A program made the translations under genes and the position numbers. The notes beneath the pieces were generated by a model. The model searched no databases, had not been told where the DNA came from, and was given only the letters and a program-made list of their open reading frames with translations. Source: an uncultured Gammaproteobacteria bacterium (GTDB taxonomy: Bacteria > Pseudomonadota > Gammaproteobacteria > Magnimaribacterales > TMED112). Taken from it: a DNA stretch of 51,410 nucleotides. The stretch is from the NCBI GenBank assembly GCA_913052565.1, contig CAJXFH010000004.1, forward strand, positions 1 through 51,410. Direction: 5' to 3'. This document shows, in pieces, positions 21,130 to 31,244 of the stretch. Numbering within the stretch: position 1 is the first letter of the stretch; each line of letters starts with the position of its first letter.

Positions 21130-24008
21130 ACTCGCTTAATAAGGAAGTCTTCATTTTGCGCTACCTTCTCAAGATTTGGATTAATTATCGAAAAAACACT
21201 CTTTGGTTTTGATTTGAGGCTTGTGGCAACTTCAATAAGATCTTCTTTTGAAACATTAAAAATATTATTTCTATAATCTGTTCTCATTTTTTGTGTTTTG
21301 TCTTCACTATTTAATCGGTAATCTTTAAAAGCTTCTCCAGCAGGTGATGATGGTTTATCAATATCTGACAGAACTGAAAGTTTACTTTCCAGAATCATAT
21401 TTTCATCAAAACTACCAAGAGATGCCCAACTCAATGAACTCTCAAAATCTTCAATAGTATCTACGAATCTAGGATCCCTATAAGAGAAAAATTTAAAACA
21501 ACCAGAAAATGGGTCATATGATGCTCCACCACCATATGCTCCGCCTTGTTCTCGAATCCTTTTATGGAGAAATTCATTTCGCAATAAGCTAGAGAGGATT
21601 AAATATTTCGGTGATTCTTTCACATCGTAATGTGGCGCATCAAAAGACATAGCTGAAAAATTAACTTGGGTGTTTATTGGGAAGGCAATTTTGTTGAATG
21701 TTTTTACAAAATCGACATTAACACTTCCACTTCCATCTTTTTTAAAGTCCAGTCCTCTTATTTGATTAATTTGTTTTTTATCTAATTTTGTATTTGAAAT
21801 GAAGAGTAATTCGCTACTCATTGATTCAAATTTTTTAAATAAACTTTCAACTTTCTGCATCTCTGTTTTTAATAAATCTTCCTGATTAGATACAAAAGGA
21901 GCAAACTTCGAGATTGCGCTGAGACCACCTAAGTTTTCTTGAATAAAAGCTAAATTATTGTGTGCTGAGCTCGCAGCTAACATTGCGAATCTATGACCAT
22001 TTTCAACAATAGATTGTTGAAAGCCCATAAAGTTTTGAAACATAAGTTCTTTTATTCTCTGTTCATTCGATAAATCAGTTTTATTTAAAATTTCAAAGAT
22101 AAGTTCGGTTGTCTCCACACTATTTTTTGGCAAGAATTTTGAGGAAAGAGTTAGGTTGCCTTTCAGCTCATTGTTTTTATCAGTAAAAAAGTGATTTGAT
22201 ACGTTAATACCGCCAGAAATTTTTGAAATTTCTTTCTGAAGTTGCATATGGTCTTTATCGTCAGTTCCAACTTTTCCAAGCAAAGCAGATAAAACCATAA
22301 GACTGTTAAGCTCTTCCTGTGATTCAATATTTAAATTCTTAGTAACAGAATTATAAGTAAGGCCATTTGTAGGTTGCTCATAAAAGGTTGGTGAGTAACC
22401 AAACGTTGTAAGTTTCTTTGTCTTGGGAAAGCTAACATCTTTAGGCACGTCATTAAGTTCGAGTTTTGGCAAGACCTCTTTGTCAGGGATTGCATTTTGT
22501 CTGTCAGCAAGATTTTTAGCTTGATTAACTATATCCAGTTTTTCTTTGTTACTCATAGCTGACTTCAGTCCATCTAGTATTTTTCTTAGCTCACCCTCTT
22601 TTTTATTTATAAGATCAGCGTCAGGAACCATTTCTAACTCAACCTTATGGTTATTTGAAATAAAGAATTTATCTACAAGACCTGTGAGATAATTTTTATC
22701 TTTTATTCGTTCTTTCAGATTGGCAAGAGCTTCGTCAACGTTAGAAAGGGCTAATGGATCTGACTTATAAAGAGAACCTGGTGCCATGGACAAAAGAATT
22801 TGTAAACCATAAGGCAGAGAGCCAGAAGATATTTCTCGTCTACTTAGCTCCAATTGATACAAAGCAGAGTTTACTTGATCTTCCTCAAACCCGTTCTTCA
22901 CAACTTCTTTGAATGTTGAATCAAGTAATTTTCTAAACTTTTCTTGAGCCCCCTTTTCAGTTCCTTCAACACCACAAATGAAAACGAGATGCCTCATACT
23001 ATCTTCAAGCCCCAAAATTTGAGCTGGCGACTTGCTAAATTCGTTTGATTCAAGAACTTTATATAAAGGTGAAGATGAATTATCCATCAATAATAATGAA
23101 ATAAGATGAGCTTCAAGAAGTTGGTCAATATCAAAGCTTTCCCCAAGCACCCATGCACAATAATTCTGATGGCCTGATTGTTCTTTAGAGACAGGGTTAA
23201 AGGATTCAGAAGCTATTACGGGTTTGGTAAAACTATCTTGTTTCTCTACAACTTCAATTTTCTTTTCATCTATTTTTTTGAATTTTTTTGCTAACTTATC
23301 ATTCACATAGTTTTGTATTTCTTTAGCGTCCAAGTCTCCCCATGTGAAATAAGTTGCATTAGAGGGATGGTAAAACTTTTTGTGAAAATTCTTCAAGTAA
23401 TCATGAGTTAGGCTAGTGATATCTTCTGGCTCTCCACCGCTATTGTGTCTATAAGTGAGATCTGGAAAAAGATTTCTTGTAAGTGCTTGCCATGTTGTGT
23501 TGGTGATATTACTCATAGAGCCCTTCATTTCATTAAATACAACTCCCTTGTATTCTAAATCTGAACTACTGCTATCAAATTTCGCAAACTCAAGCCTATG
23601 TCCTTCTTGTTTGAAGTCTTCTTCCTCTAGTAAAGGAAAATAAACCGCATCTAGATATACATCTAATAAGTTATAAAAATCTTTTTTACTTTGTGTAGCA
23701 AAAGGATAGGCTGTCCAGTCACTCGCAGTAAAAGCATTCATAAAAGTGCTCATTGATCTTCTTAACATCATGAAGAATGGATCTCTTACCTTAAATTTTT
23801 CAGATCCACATAAAGTTGTATGTTCGAGAATATGCGCAACACCAGAAGAATTTTCAGGAATGGTCCTAAACATAACCATAAAGACTAATTCTTTGGATTT
23901 ATTTTTTAGATGTATATGTTCTGAGTTGTACTCATCGAGCAAATATCTTTCTGCTTCGTAACCCAATGAAGGGTTATTTTTTTTATCTAAAAGTTTATAG
24001 CTATTCAT
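21126..24008 (-). CDS. M16C-family (PreP/pitrilysin-like) zinc metallopeptidase
   Basis: The inverted zinc motif HILEH occurs in VAHILEHTTLCGSEKF, with the downstream E in FNEMKG; length is about 960 aa. I prefer the ATG at 24008 (MNSYKLL...); the track's TTG at 24023 is an alternative. Confidence 0.85.
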
Positions 24009-24060
24009 CTTGAAATATTTCAATTGAACTAATATATATAATTTAAGTCATAAATAAAGT

Positions 24061-24573
24061 ATGTATAAAAAAATATTAGCACTTCTATCTTTAATAGTGA
24101 TTGTTAGCTGTAGTTCAAACCCAGTTAGCGTAGAAAAGTTAAATACTTTTGATCTAGGAGATTTTAAAACCTTCAATGTCGTCATATCAGACAAAAGTGA
24201 AGACGTTAAGGTTAGCCCTTTTACAAGCCAAGGTTTAAAAAAATCTTTTGCTGATGGTTTTGAAATGCTTGGATTAGTCAAATCACTTGATACTCCAGAT
24301 TTTAAAGCTGTTATTTCTTTAACTTTTGATGAGAAGAACAAAAGGTACAGAGGAAGAAGAAATCCTTATTTCTATGATCCTTTTTATGATGATTATTTTT
24401 ATGATCAGACAGATAGATCAATACTAAGAATGACTTTATATGATGGAACTACGGGCGATCCCTTATGGACTGGTCTTAGATCAACTAAATACGTTGATTC
24501 TCAACTACAACTTGATGCAGAAGAGATTAAAAAATATGTTGATAGTTTCTTGTCAGAATTAGTTGGTGGTTAA
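24061..24573 (+). CDS. Small lipoprotein (DUF4136-like, hypothetical)
   Basis: It has a lipobox (IVIVSCSS) and is 170 aa. The domain call is from memory of architecture only. Confidence 0.45.
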   Translation: MYKKILALLSLIVIVSCSSNPVSVEKLNTFDLGDFKTFNVVISDKSEDVKVSPFTSQGLKKSFADGFEMLGLVKSLDTPDFKAVISLTFDEKNKRYRGRRNPYFYDPFYDDYFYDQTDRSILRMTLYDGTTGDPLWTGLRSTKYVDSQLQLDAEEIKKYVDSFLSELVGG

Positions 24574-25151
24574 GGTACTAACCAGTAACTATTAATTTCT
24601 CCTTTTGAATTCCAACTGAATTTACATCTTCTATGTCCCTGTCTTTGTAAATAGAGAAATTCAAGTGAATGATAAATGAATTCAATAGTACAAAAGTTTT
24701 CGTATCCATTTTCTACAGCAATATCCTTCATATGAAAATCATATTCAGCAGGCTTATTTATTTTGAAACTAGATCCGTCTTTTACTGAGTAGCATTTCTT
24801 AGATATTGCTTGTGAATTTTGCCATGCTTGAAGAGTTTTTTTATTTTTGTGGTTTACTTTTAGTTTTCCAGCCAGCCTTATTTGAATTTTCATTGATGGA
24901 TCATACCCAATAACGGTACAAATTTTGTTTTCTTTATATTCTTGAATTTTGTCAGACCGAAAATCAGAATGGAATCTAAGTAATCTTTTACTAGCTTTAT
25001 GATCCCTCAAAACCATTACTCTTGATGAAATCTCTTTCTTAGCTAATGTGCTAACTGTTAGCGTATGAAACATCGAATCTCTATTCTTTATTCCATCAGT
25101 TAATAATTCACGAGCTTTTTTAAGAATATCGGACTTTTTATTGTAATTCAT
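24570..25151 (-). CDS. Pyridoxamine 5'-phosphate oxidase-family FMN-binding protein (not PdxH itself)
   Basis: It has a split-barrel-like pattern (SSRVMVLRDHK...LLRFHSDFRSDKIQE...IQIRLAGKLKV). It lacks the PdxH C-terminal WGG..EFW motif. Confidence 0.5.
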   Translation of the reverse strand: MNYNKKSDILKKARELLTDGIKNRDSMFHTLTVSTLAKKEISSRVMVLRDHKASKRLLRFHSDFRSDKIQEYKENKICTVIGYDPSMKIQIRLAGKLKVNHKNKKTLQAWQNSQAISKKCYSVKDGSSFKINKPAEYDFHMKDIAVENGYENFCTIEFIYHSLEFLYLQRQGHRRCKFSWNSKGEINSYWLVP

Positions 25152-25209
25152 ATCTGTCAGTCTAATTCATGTTCATTCACTTGAGTAATTTTTGATTTAG
25201 AATACACCT

Positions 25210-26934
25210 ATGCGTATTTATTGGTTTATTTCTTTGCTTCTGGTTTCGGCATGCTCATCTGAAAGTCAAGATCAGGAATTACCTAAGAAAGAGATTAGAG
25301 ATAAGGACAAAGATCTAGCAAGTTTGGCAGCTGATTTTTCAGAAAAAATCTTATCACCACATGAAAATATTCATGTTGCAGTTGGCTATGGTTTGGCAAA
25401 TTCAATTTTAGTTATAGGTGATGAGAAAGATATGATCATAGATACTATGGGTGGTGTAGAAACAGCAGAAGTAGTTCTAGAAGATCTAAGTAAATATAGT
25501 GACAACGAAATAGACACAATTGTTTATACACATTTCCATATTGATCATGTTGGCGGCGCGCAAGCATTCATAAACAAATTTGGAGAAGTAGATGTAATTT
25601 CTCATAGAGATACATCAAGTGAAGTTGAAAAGTTTTTTGGAATAAAAAGAGAACTAATTGGGCAAAGATCGCAAAAAATGTTTGGCCTAATACTAAAAGA
25701 TAGAGATCAGGCGTTATCGCATGGAATTGGAATCAAGTTAGAAGCTGGAGTTGATACCCCAGGCTATATCAAGCCAACTATCACTTTTGATCAAAAATTT
25801 ACAAAAACAATTGGTGGAAGGAAAGTTGATTTCTATCATGCACCAGGTGAAACAGATGACCAAATCTTTGTTTGGATCGAGGAAATGAAAGCATTGTTTC
25901 CAGGAGACAATATCTATAAAGCCTTTCCCAACATTTATACCATCAGAGGAACCTCATATAGGAGCTTTCAATCGTGGTATAAAAGTCTTGAAAAAATGAT
26001 GAGTCTTGAACCAGAAATATTAGTGCCTAGTCATGGTGTGCCAATAGTAGGTAAAGAAGAAATTCAAAAAGTTCTTTCAAACTATAGAGATGCAGTTAAA
26101 TATGTTCATGATCAAACTCATAGACTTTTAAATGCAGGCTATACACCTGTTGAAGCAGCGCAGCTTGTAAAACTACCAGATTCATTAAGAAATAATGAAT
26201 ATCTTTTTGAGCTATATGGCAATGTTGAGTGGAGTGCCCGTAATTTATTCAATGGGAATTATGGGTGGTTTGATGGAAATCCAACAAATTTATTTCCATT
26301 TACTGAAAAAGAACTTGGCAAACGAATCGGTAGTCTTATTTCTGAGAATACCTTACAAGAAGAGCTTGAATCTTCCATAGTAAATAAAGACTATCAATGG
26401 ACATTATATTTAGCGGATATGCTTGAAGCTAAGAATGGAGAAAGTATTGACGTGAATAATGCAAAGGCTGTAGCTCTAAAAGCACTAGGGGAGGATGCAT
26501 ACAATCCAAATGCGAAGAGTTTCTACTTAAGTACATATGCCGATTTAAAAGACGAGACAGATAAAAAAAGAGAAGCTCTTCTCACGACAGAAGAAAGTAC
26601 AGGGGAAGATGTGCTAAGGCAATTAAGTTTGAATATGTTTTACGAGGTTATGTCTACTAGATTAAATCCAGAAAATGTTTCAAATACTTCAATTCAAAAG
26701 AAAATTTATTTTAGAGATCTAAATGAAATTTGGGAACTATCAATTCATAATAGTGTCTTTACATATAAGGAAGTAAGTTCAGAAATGCATGATATAGAAA
26801 TGGATTCTTTAACTTTTAAATTACTAGTTACTGGCAACTTAAACGCAATTACAGATATCTTAGTATCAAATAAATTAGCGCAAGGAGATGACAAGCGCGG
26901 CTTTTTAAACTTCCTAGCATTTTTTACTGAATAG
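25210..26934 (+). CDS. MBL-fold alkyl/aryl-sulfatase (SdsA1/YjcS family) lipoprotein
   Basis: It has a lipobox (LLVSACSS), the MBL motif THFHIDHVGG, a dimerisation-domain-like NLFNGNYGWFDGNPTNL, and an SCP2-like C-terminal tail. Confidence 0.85.
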   Translation: MRIYWFISLLLVSACSSESQDQELPKKEIRDKDKDLASLAADFSEKILSPHENIHVAVGYGLANSILVIGDEKDMIIDTMGGVETAEVVLEDLSKYSDNEIDTIVYTHFHIDHVGGAQAFINKFGEVDVISHRDTSSEVEKFFGIKRELIGQRSQKMFGLILKDRDQALSHGIGIKLEAGVDTPGYIKPTITFDQKFTKTIGGRKVDFYHAPGETDDQIFVWIEEMKALFPGDNIYKAFPNIYTIRGTSYRSFQSWYKSLEKMMSLEPEILVPSHGVPIVGKEEIQKVLSNYRDAVKYVHDQTHRLLNAGYTPVEAAQLVKLPDSLRNNEYLFELYGNVEWSARNLFNGNYGWFDGNPTNLFPFTEKELGKRIGSLISENTLQEELESSIVNKDYQWTLYLADMLEAKNGESIDVNNAKAVALKALGEDAYNPNAKSFYLSTYADLKDETDKKREALLTTEESTGEDVLRQLSLNMFYEVMSTRLNPENVSNTSIQKKIYFRDLNEIWELSIHNSVFTYKEVSSEMHDIEMDSLTFKLLVTGNLNAITDILVSNKLAQGDDKRGFLNFLAFFTE

Positions 26935-26936
26935 AT

Positions 26937-27593
26937 ATGAGTCAACCAACAAGAGTACCTCCAAGACGCAGATCATCTGGTGATGGGCAGCTTATGTTTA
27001 GTGCTTTTATACTAGTTTTGGTTATCGCTTGTTTGCTGGGTATGTATTTCTATATAAATGAGCAAAAACAAGAAAGCACTGAAGCAATAAATTTAGTTTC
27101 TGGCAAAATTGAAGTAATTGAGGGAAAGCTTTCTATTACAAATGAAGATTCCGAACAAAATATGGAAACTATGACCGATCAAATTGCATTTCTTGACAAA
27201 GAAGTGAGAAAACTTTGGGGACACAGAAAAGGTTATTTAGATAGTATTAAAAAACAAGAAAACAAAGCTATTAAAAATGAAAAAAGCATACAAAATCTCA
27301 AGGCAATATCTACAGGACTTGAAGATCAAATAAATGTTGTAAATCAAAAAATTGAACTAGCAGAAGATTTGCAATTAAAACTTACTCTACTTTCCAATGA
27401 GCTCAATAAACAAAAAAAGGTCCTCGAGACAAACGAAGCATCAATTGAAGCAGTAGATATTTATAGAAAACAAAATAATCAAAAAGTTGCAGATGTGTTA
27501 AACAGAATCAATGCTTTAGATAGGGATTTACAAGAGCTAGAAAAAGAACTCAACGATTTAAAAAATTTGGAGCAAGATGAACAGCTTCCTTAA
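26937..27593 (+). CDS. Membrane-anchored coiled-coil protein (hypothetical)
   Basis: It has an Arg-rich N-terminus, one TM (FSAFILVLVIACLLGMYFYI), then about 170 aa of heptad-like K/E/Q/L-rich sequence. Confidence 0.5.
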   Translation: MSQPTRVPPRRRSSGDGQLMFSAFILVLVIACLLGMYFYINEQKQESTEAINLVSGKIEVIEGKLSITNEDSEQNMETMTDQIAFLDKEVRKLWGHRKGYLDSIKKQENKAIKNEKSIQNLKAISTGLEDQINVVNQKIELAEDLQLKLTLLSNELNKQKKVLETNEASIEAVDIYRKQNNQKVADVLNRINALDRDLQELEKELNDLKNLEQDEQLP

Positions 27594-27789
27594 CGAAACA
27601 TTCTTTAAAATTTTACTTGTTGTATGTTTAATACCTGTAGCAATATTTGTGGGGAAAGCTTTTTTACTTTTATCACCAATAATATTCTGGATTTTGAGTT
27701 ACATGGCTTTTAAAAAGGGCAACCAAAACGAAACAATTATGTGGGTGATTTTTGCTGTTTTAGGTTTAATACTTGCATTTGTCATATAG
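27577..27789 (+). CDS. Small integral membrane protein (hypothetical)
   Basis: It is 70 aa with two or three hydrophobic segments and overlaps the upstream gene by 17 nt. Confidence 0.35.
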   Translation: MNSFLNETFFKILLVVCLIPVAIFVGKAFLLLSPIIFWILSYMAFKKGNQNETIMWVIFAVLGLILAFVI

Positions 27790-27804
27790 AATAAGCAATC
27801 TACT

Positions 27805-27889
27805 GGGGATGTGGTGGAACTGGCAGACACGCTGGATTTAGGTTCCAGTGCCGTAAGGCGTGGGGGTTCGACTCCCTCCATCCCTACCA
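27805..27889 (+). tRNA. tRNA-Leu (anticodon UAG), CCA encoded
   Basis: Manual cloverleaf: acceptor GGGGATG/CATCCCT (G1-U72 wobble), D-arm GTG-GAACTGGCAGA-CAC, anticodon arm CTGGA-TTTAGGT-TCCAG, long variable arm TGCCGTAAGGCGT, T-arm GGGGG-TTCGACT-CCCTC, then A-CCA. Confidence 0.9.
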
Positions 27890-27906
27890 ATTTTATACAA
27901 TGAGAT

Positions 27907-28272
27907 ATGGATAGAATCTTAAATATAGCCACTTATGCAATTGGTTTTATGATTTTCTTTAATGGGATTTTGTGGCTCATTGATCCTGTTAATTCTGCGA
28001 ATCAGCTGGGCATGCCAATACTTACCGGAGCGGGACTTAGCACTCAAATTGGAGATTTCAGCAGTTTTTTCCTTGTTGTAGGAGGATTTACTTTGGTTGG
28101 TGCCTACACAAAACAGAAGCATTGGTTTTATGCACCAATTGCTCTTCTCAGTTTGGCAGCTGTTTCTAGAATTACTGCTTACTTGATTCACAACGCTGAC
28201 TTATCTACAGATAAGATTTTTGCTGAACTTTTAATAAGTGCATTTTTGTCAATTATTGTTTGGAGAAGTTAG
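27907..28272 (+). CDS. Small polytopic membrane protein (DUF4345-like, hypothetical)
   Basis: It is 121 aa with four hydrophobic segments. It resembles the 128-aa membrane protein at 35924..36310 in size and pattern. Confidence 0.45.
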   Translation: MDRILNIATYAIGFMIFFNGILWLIDPVNSANQLGMPILTGAGLSTQIGDFSSFFLVVGGFTLVGAYTKQKHWFYAPIALLSLAAVSRITAYLIHNADLSTDKIFAELLISAFLSIIVWRS

Positions 28273-28342
28273 CCTAAGAGCTCAGTTGTTAATGCAATTG
28301 AAAAACCTCAATTAGCAACATATATATTTACTAGGAAATTTT

Positions 28343-28984
28343 ATGAAATATTTAGTTTTAGGCGCAACCGGATTAGTTGGCTCGAAGATAATCGAAAAGC
28401 TTGATCCCAAAAATGAAGTGGTTGCTTTTTGTCGAAGAGATTTTGATTTCCCTTCTCATGTTCAGAAAAACATAGTCAATTTTGAAGAAGATTTTGATTT
28501 ACCAATAGTTGATCATTTGTTCATATGTTTGGGTTTTCCGGTAGAACTTTTAGATCTAGTTATAATGAGAAAATCAGTTAAGAAACTTTTTAAAAAAGTT
28601 GATCTTGATTTAGTGACGCAAGTTGCAAAAAAAGCAAAACAGATAGGAATTAAGAATGTTTCAGTAATCTCCTCTGTCGCAGCAAGCGATAAGTCGCTTA
28701 ATTATTACCTCAAAATTAAAGGCCAGATGGAAAATAATCTCAGGGAATTAGGATTTGATCAGCTAAATATCATTCAGCCTAGCCATATGCTTGGTGAAAG
28801 AGAAAAACCTATAGGCCACGATGTAAAACTTTTTGAAGATATTACAAATATTACTGGAAATTTTTTGTTTGGACCCTTAGCAAAATTTAAAAATGTTGAA
28901 GCAGAGAAAATTGCAACACTGATGATTAGAAAGTCTACTGAAGGATCCAATGGTGTAAATTTTTATAGTAGATTAGATATATGA
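28343..28984 (+). CDS. Atypical SDR / NAD(P)H-binding domain protein
   Basis: It has an N-terminal Rossmann motif VLGATGLVGSKII and is 213 aa. Confidence 0.7.
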   Translation: MKYLVLGATGLVGSKIIEKLDPKNEVVAFCRRDFDFPSHVQKNIVNFEEDFDLPIVDHLFICLGFPVELLDLVIMRKSVKKLFKKVDLDLVTQVAKKAKQIGIKNVSVISSVAASDKSLNYYLKIKGQMENNLRELGFDQLNIIQPSHMLGEREKPIGHDVKLFEDITNITGNFLFGPLAKFKNVEAEKIATLMIRKSTEGSNGVNFYSRLDI

Positions 28985-29868
28985 AAGTTTTAAAGACACC
29001 TGAGGAAAGATTCCAAAACTTAAAAGACTTTAATTTTAAAGAAAATTTTTTTGATGTAACGCATGAAAATCAGAAAATTCGCATGCATTATTTAGATGAA
29101 AACTCTGACTCTGATGAAGTTGTCTTGCTTTTACATGGTGAGCCTACATGGTGTTATTTATACAGGCACATAATTCCAATTCTTACAAAAGCCGGAAAAA
29201 GAGTAATTGCCCCTGATCTCATTGGCTTCGGGAAGTCAGATAAGTTGGCTGAAAAGTCAAATTATAGTTATGCAAACCATATAGATTGGGTTACACAGCT
29301 GTTTAATCACCTTAGCTTAAATAATGTAATTTTATTTGCTCAAGATTGGGGAGGACTTATAGGTCTAAGGCTTCTAACAGCTTCACCGGAAAAATTTTCA
29401 GGATTGGTAGCATCAAATACGGGCTTACCTATTGGCAAAGGATCTAATGAGGGATTCCAGCAATGGCTAAACTTTAGTCAAACAGTAGAAGATTTTAACT
29501 CTGGGAAGATTGTCTACCAGGGCAGTCTCAAACAAATTGATGAAGAGGAAATAGCAGCCTATAACGCTCCTTTTCCTGATGAAACATACAAAGCTGCAGC
29601 AAGAGTTTTCCCTCTTCTAGTCCCAATAACTGAAGAGCATGATCAAGTTCAAGAAAATATTGCAGCTTGGGAAGTTCTAAAGAAATTTAAGAAACCGACC
29701 ATTGCAATTTTTGGCGAACACGATTTTTCTTTTAAAGGCCAGGATAAGTTTTTTATAGAAAAGATTCCTGGAGCAAAAGGTATGAACCATCAACAAATTG
29801 ATGCTGGTCACTTTTCGCAGGAGAATCAACCAAATTTAATTGCCGAGACTATTCTTTCAATTACTTAA
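28981..29868 (+). CDS. Haloalkane dehalogenase (DhlA-like, HLD-I) alpha/beta hydrolase
   Basis: It is collinear with Xanthobacter DhlA: RMHYLDE, LLLHGEPTWCYLYRHIIP, RVIAPDLIGFGKSDK, nucleophile elbow QDWGG, AYNAPFPDETYKAAARVFP, and catalytic His in DAGHF. Confidence 0.88.
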   Translation: MKVLKTPEERFQNLKDFNFKENFFDVTHENQKIRMHYLDENSDSDEVVLLLHGEPTWCYLYRHIIPILTKAGKRVIAPDLIGFGKSDKLAEKSNYSYANHIDWVTQLFNHLSLNNVILFAQDWGGLIGLRLLTASPEKFSGLVASNTGLPIGKGSNEGFQQWLNFSQTVEDFNSGKIVYQGSLKQIDEEEIAAYNAPFPDETYKAAARVFPLLVPITEEHDQVQENIAAWEVLKKFKKPTIAIFGEHDFSFKGQDKFFIEKIPGAKGMNHQQIDAGHFSQENQPNLIAETILSIT

Positions 29869-30456
29869 ATAGTCAGGCATTTCTCTGAAAGCTTCTTTGC
29901 CCCAAAAAATTTCATTCTCAATAAAGAAAGTTGGTACACCAAATGCCCCCATTTCAACTGCACTTTCAGTATTTTCGATAAGTTTTTGCTTAATTTGAGG
30001 TTCTGAGGATTGATTAAGAATCAAAGTGCCATCGAGGTTATTATTATTGAGGTATTCAGTCAAAATTAACTGGTCACCGAAATTCATTCCTTCTTCCCAC
30101 ATGCCTTTACACACAACGTCAATATATTCTTTCAATACACCAAGTTCTTGTGCTACAAGAGCAGCTCTTTGAATTTGTAAGGTATTAATTGGAAAATGAG
30201 GATTCATTTGAAATTTTTCTAAATTATGGAACTTGATGAATCTTTCGATTTCTTTATTGAAATATGAGCTTTTATTAGGAATCTCTGCATAAGATATTAT
30301 CGGAGACTGGTTGTTGCTTAATTTGTGAATACCCCCTAATAAACAAATTTTATAATCAAATTGCACGTTATATTTTTTTTCAAAAGCAGGCACGACTTTG
30401 TGACTTAGATACCCATTTGGGCTCGCAACATCAAAAATGAATTTAATTTTCAACAT
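29857..30456 (-). CDS. DsbA-fold 2-hydroxychromene-2-carboxylate isomerase-family protein
   Basis: The N-terminal FIFDVASPNGYL and C-terminal GAFGVPTFFIENEIFWGKE are typical of the HCCA isomerase / DsbA-like family. Confidence 0.7.
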   Translation of the reverse strand: MLKIKFIFDVASPNGYLSHKVVPAFEKKYNVQFDYKICLLGGIHKLSNNQSPIISYAEIPNKSSYFNKEIERFIKFHNLEKFQMNPHFPINTLQIQRAALVAQELGVLKEYIDVVCKGMWEEGMNFGDQLILTEYLNNNNLDGTLILNQSSEPQIKQKLIENTESAVEMGAFGVPTFFIENEIFWGKEAFREMPDYLSN

Positions 30457-30512
30457 ATGTTTGGAACTAGATTAATATAATCTTAGACGAAAAAATTGGG
30501 ATAGGAATAGTT

Positions 30513-31235
30513 TTGAAAAAAGGATCAGTTGTAGTTGTAGGAGCAGGACCAGGTCTTGGTTCGAGCTTAGCTAAAAAATTTGCTTCAAAAGGACACCACG
30601 TATATGTTGCTAGAAGACAGAGAAATGAAGCACAGCTTGAAAGTTTATGTGAAGAGATAATTAAAAGTGGTGGCATTGCTACATCAATACCAACTGATGC
30701 AAGAAAAGAAGAAGAGGTAAAGTCATTATTTGTAGAAGTTGCTAAAGGCGGTCCAATAGATTGTGTGATATTCAATATCGGTGCTAACGTTTTCTTTCCA
30801 ATCGAGGAAACAAGTGAAAGAGTCTTTAAAAAAGTATGGGAAATGGCAACTCTAGCAGGTTTCCTGGTTGGCAAAGAAGCTGTCTCTTATATGAAATCAA
30901 AAGGGACGATTATCTTTACTGGTGCTACAGCATCTCTGAGGGGTGGTGCTGGATTTAGTGCTTTTGCATCAGCAAAATTTGGATTGAGAGCTTTAGCACA
31001 ATCTATGGCAAGAGAGTATGGACCAAAGGGTATACATGTTGCCCATACAATTATAGATGGGGCTATTGATCACCCATGGATAGAAGAAAATTTTCCAGAA
31101 ATCTATAAACTTAAAGATAAGGACGGCATCTTAAATCCTGATGAAATTGCAGAAGTGTATTTCAACTTACATTTGCAAAAAAGGTCTGCATGGACACATG
31201 AATTAGATTTGAGACCATATATGGAAAAATATTAA
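30513..31235 (+). CDS. Short-chain dehydrogenase/reductase family protein (non-canonical active-site position)
   Basis: It has VVVGAGPGLG (cofactor site) and VIFNIGAN (NNAG-like), with FASAK where YxxxK is expected (F151, K155). It uses a TTG start. Confidence 0.8.
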   Translation: MKKGSVVVVGAGPGLGSSLAKKFASKGHHVYVARRQRNEAQLESLCEEIIKSGGIATSIPTDARKEEEVKSLFVEVAKGGPIDCVIFNIGANVFFPIEETSERVFKKVWEMATLAGFLVGKEAVSYMKSKGTIIFTGATASLRGGAGFSAFASAKFGLRALAQSMAREYGPKGIHVAHTIIDGAIDHPWIEENFPEIYKLKDKDGILNPDEIAEVYFNLHLQKRSAWTHELDLRPYMEKY

Positions 31236-31244
31236 GAGGGAATT

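Noticed and set aside
25152-25167. Shared leader-like sequence AATTAGACTRACA just upstream of two unrelated minus-strand starts (25152-25167 and 44650-44666).
   Set aside because: There are only two copies and the match is about 13 nt with one mismatch in AT-rich DNA. My rough estimate is that such a pair among all upstream regions could arise by chance. No third copy was seen, so it would need a genome-wide motif count before being taken seriously.
27699-27932. The 77-aa minus-strand ORF, and by extension the many 60-135-aa ORFs in the track that lie antisense to longer genes (for example 806..1084, 1225..1416, 4102..4347, 4829..5134, 5159..5566, 30467..30874, 35105..35401, 40698..41311).
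   Set aside because: The first overlaps the tRNA-Leu gene. The others lie fully inside, and antisense to, ORFs with strong family motifs. They have low-complexity or Ser/Leu/Phe-rich translations typical of shadow frames in AT-rich DNA.
28285-28325. An imperfect hairpin after the 27907..28272 membrane-protein gene, as a possible terminator.
   Set aside because: The stem is broken into 4-bp and 6-bp segments by a large asymmetric internal loop, and it is not followed by a T-tract.
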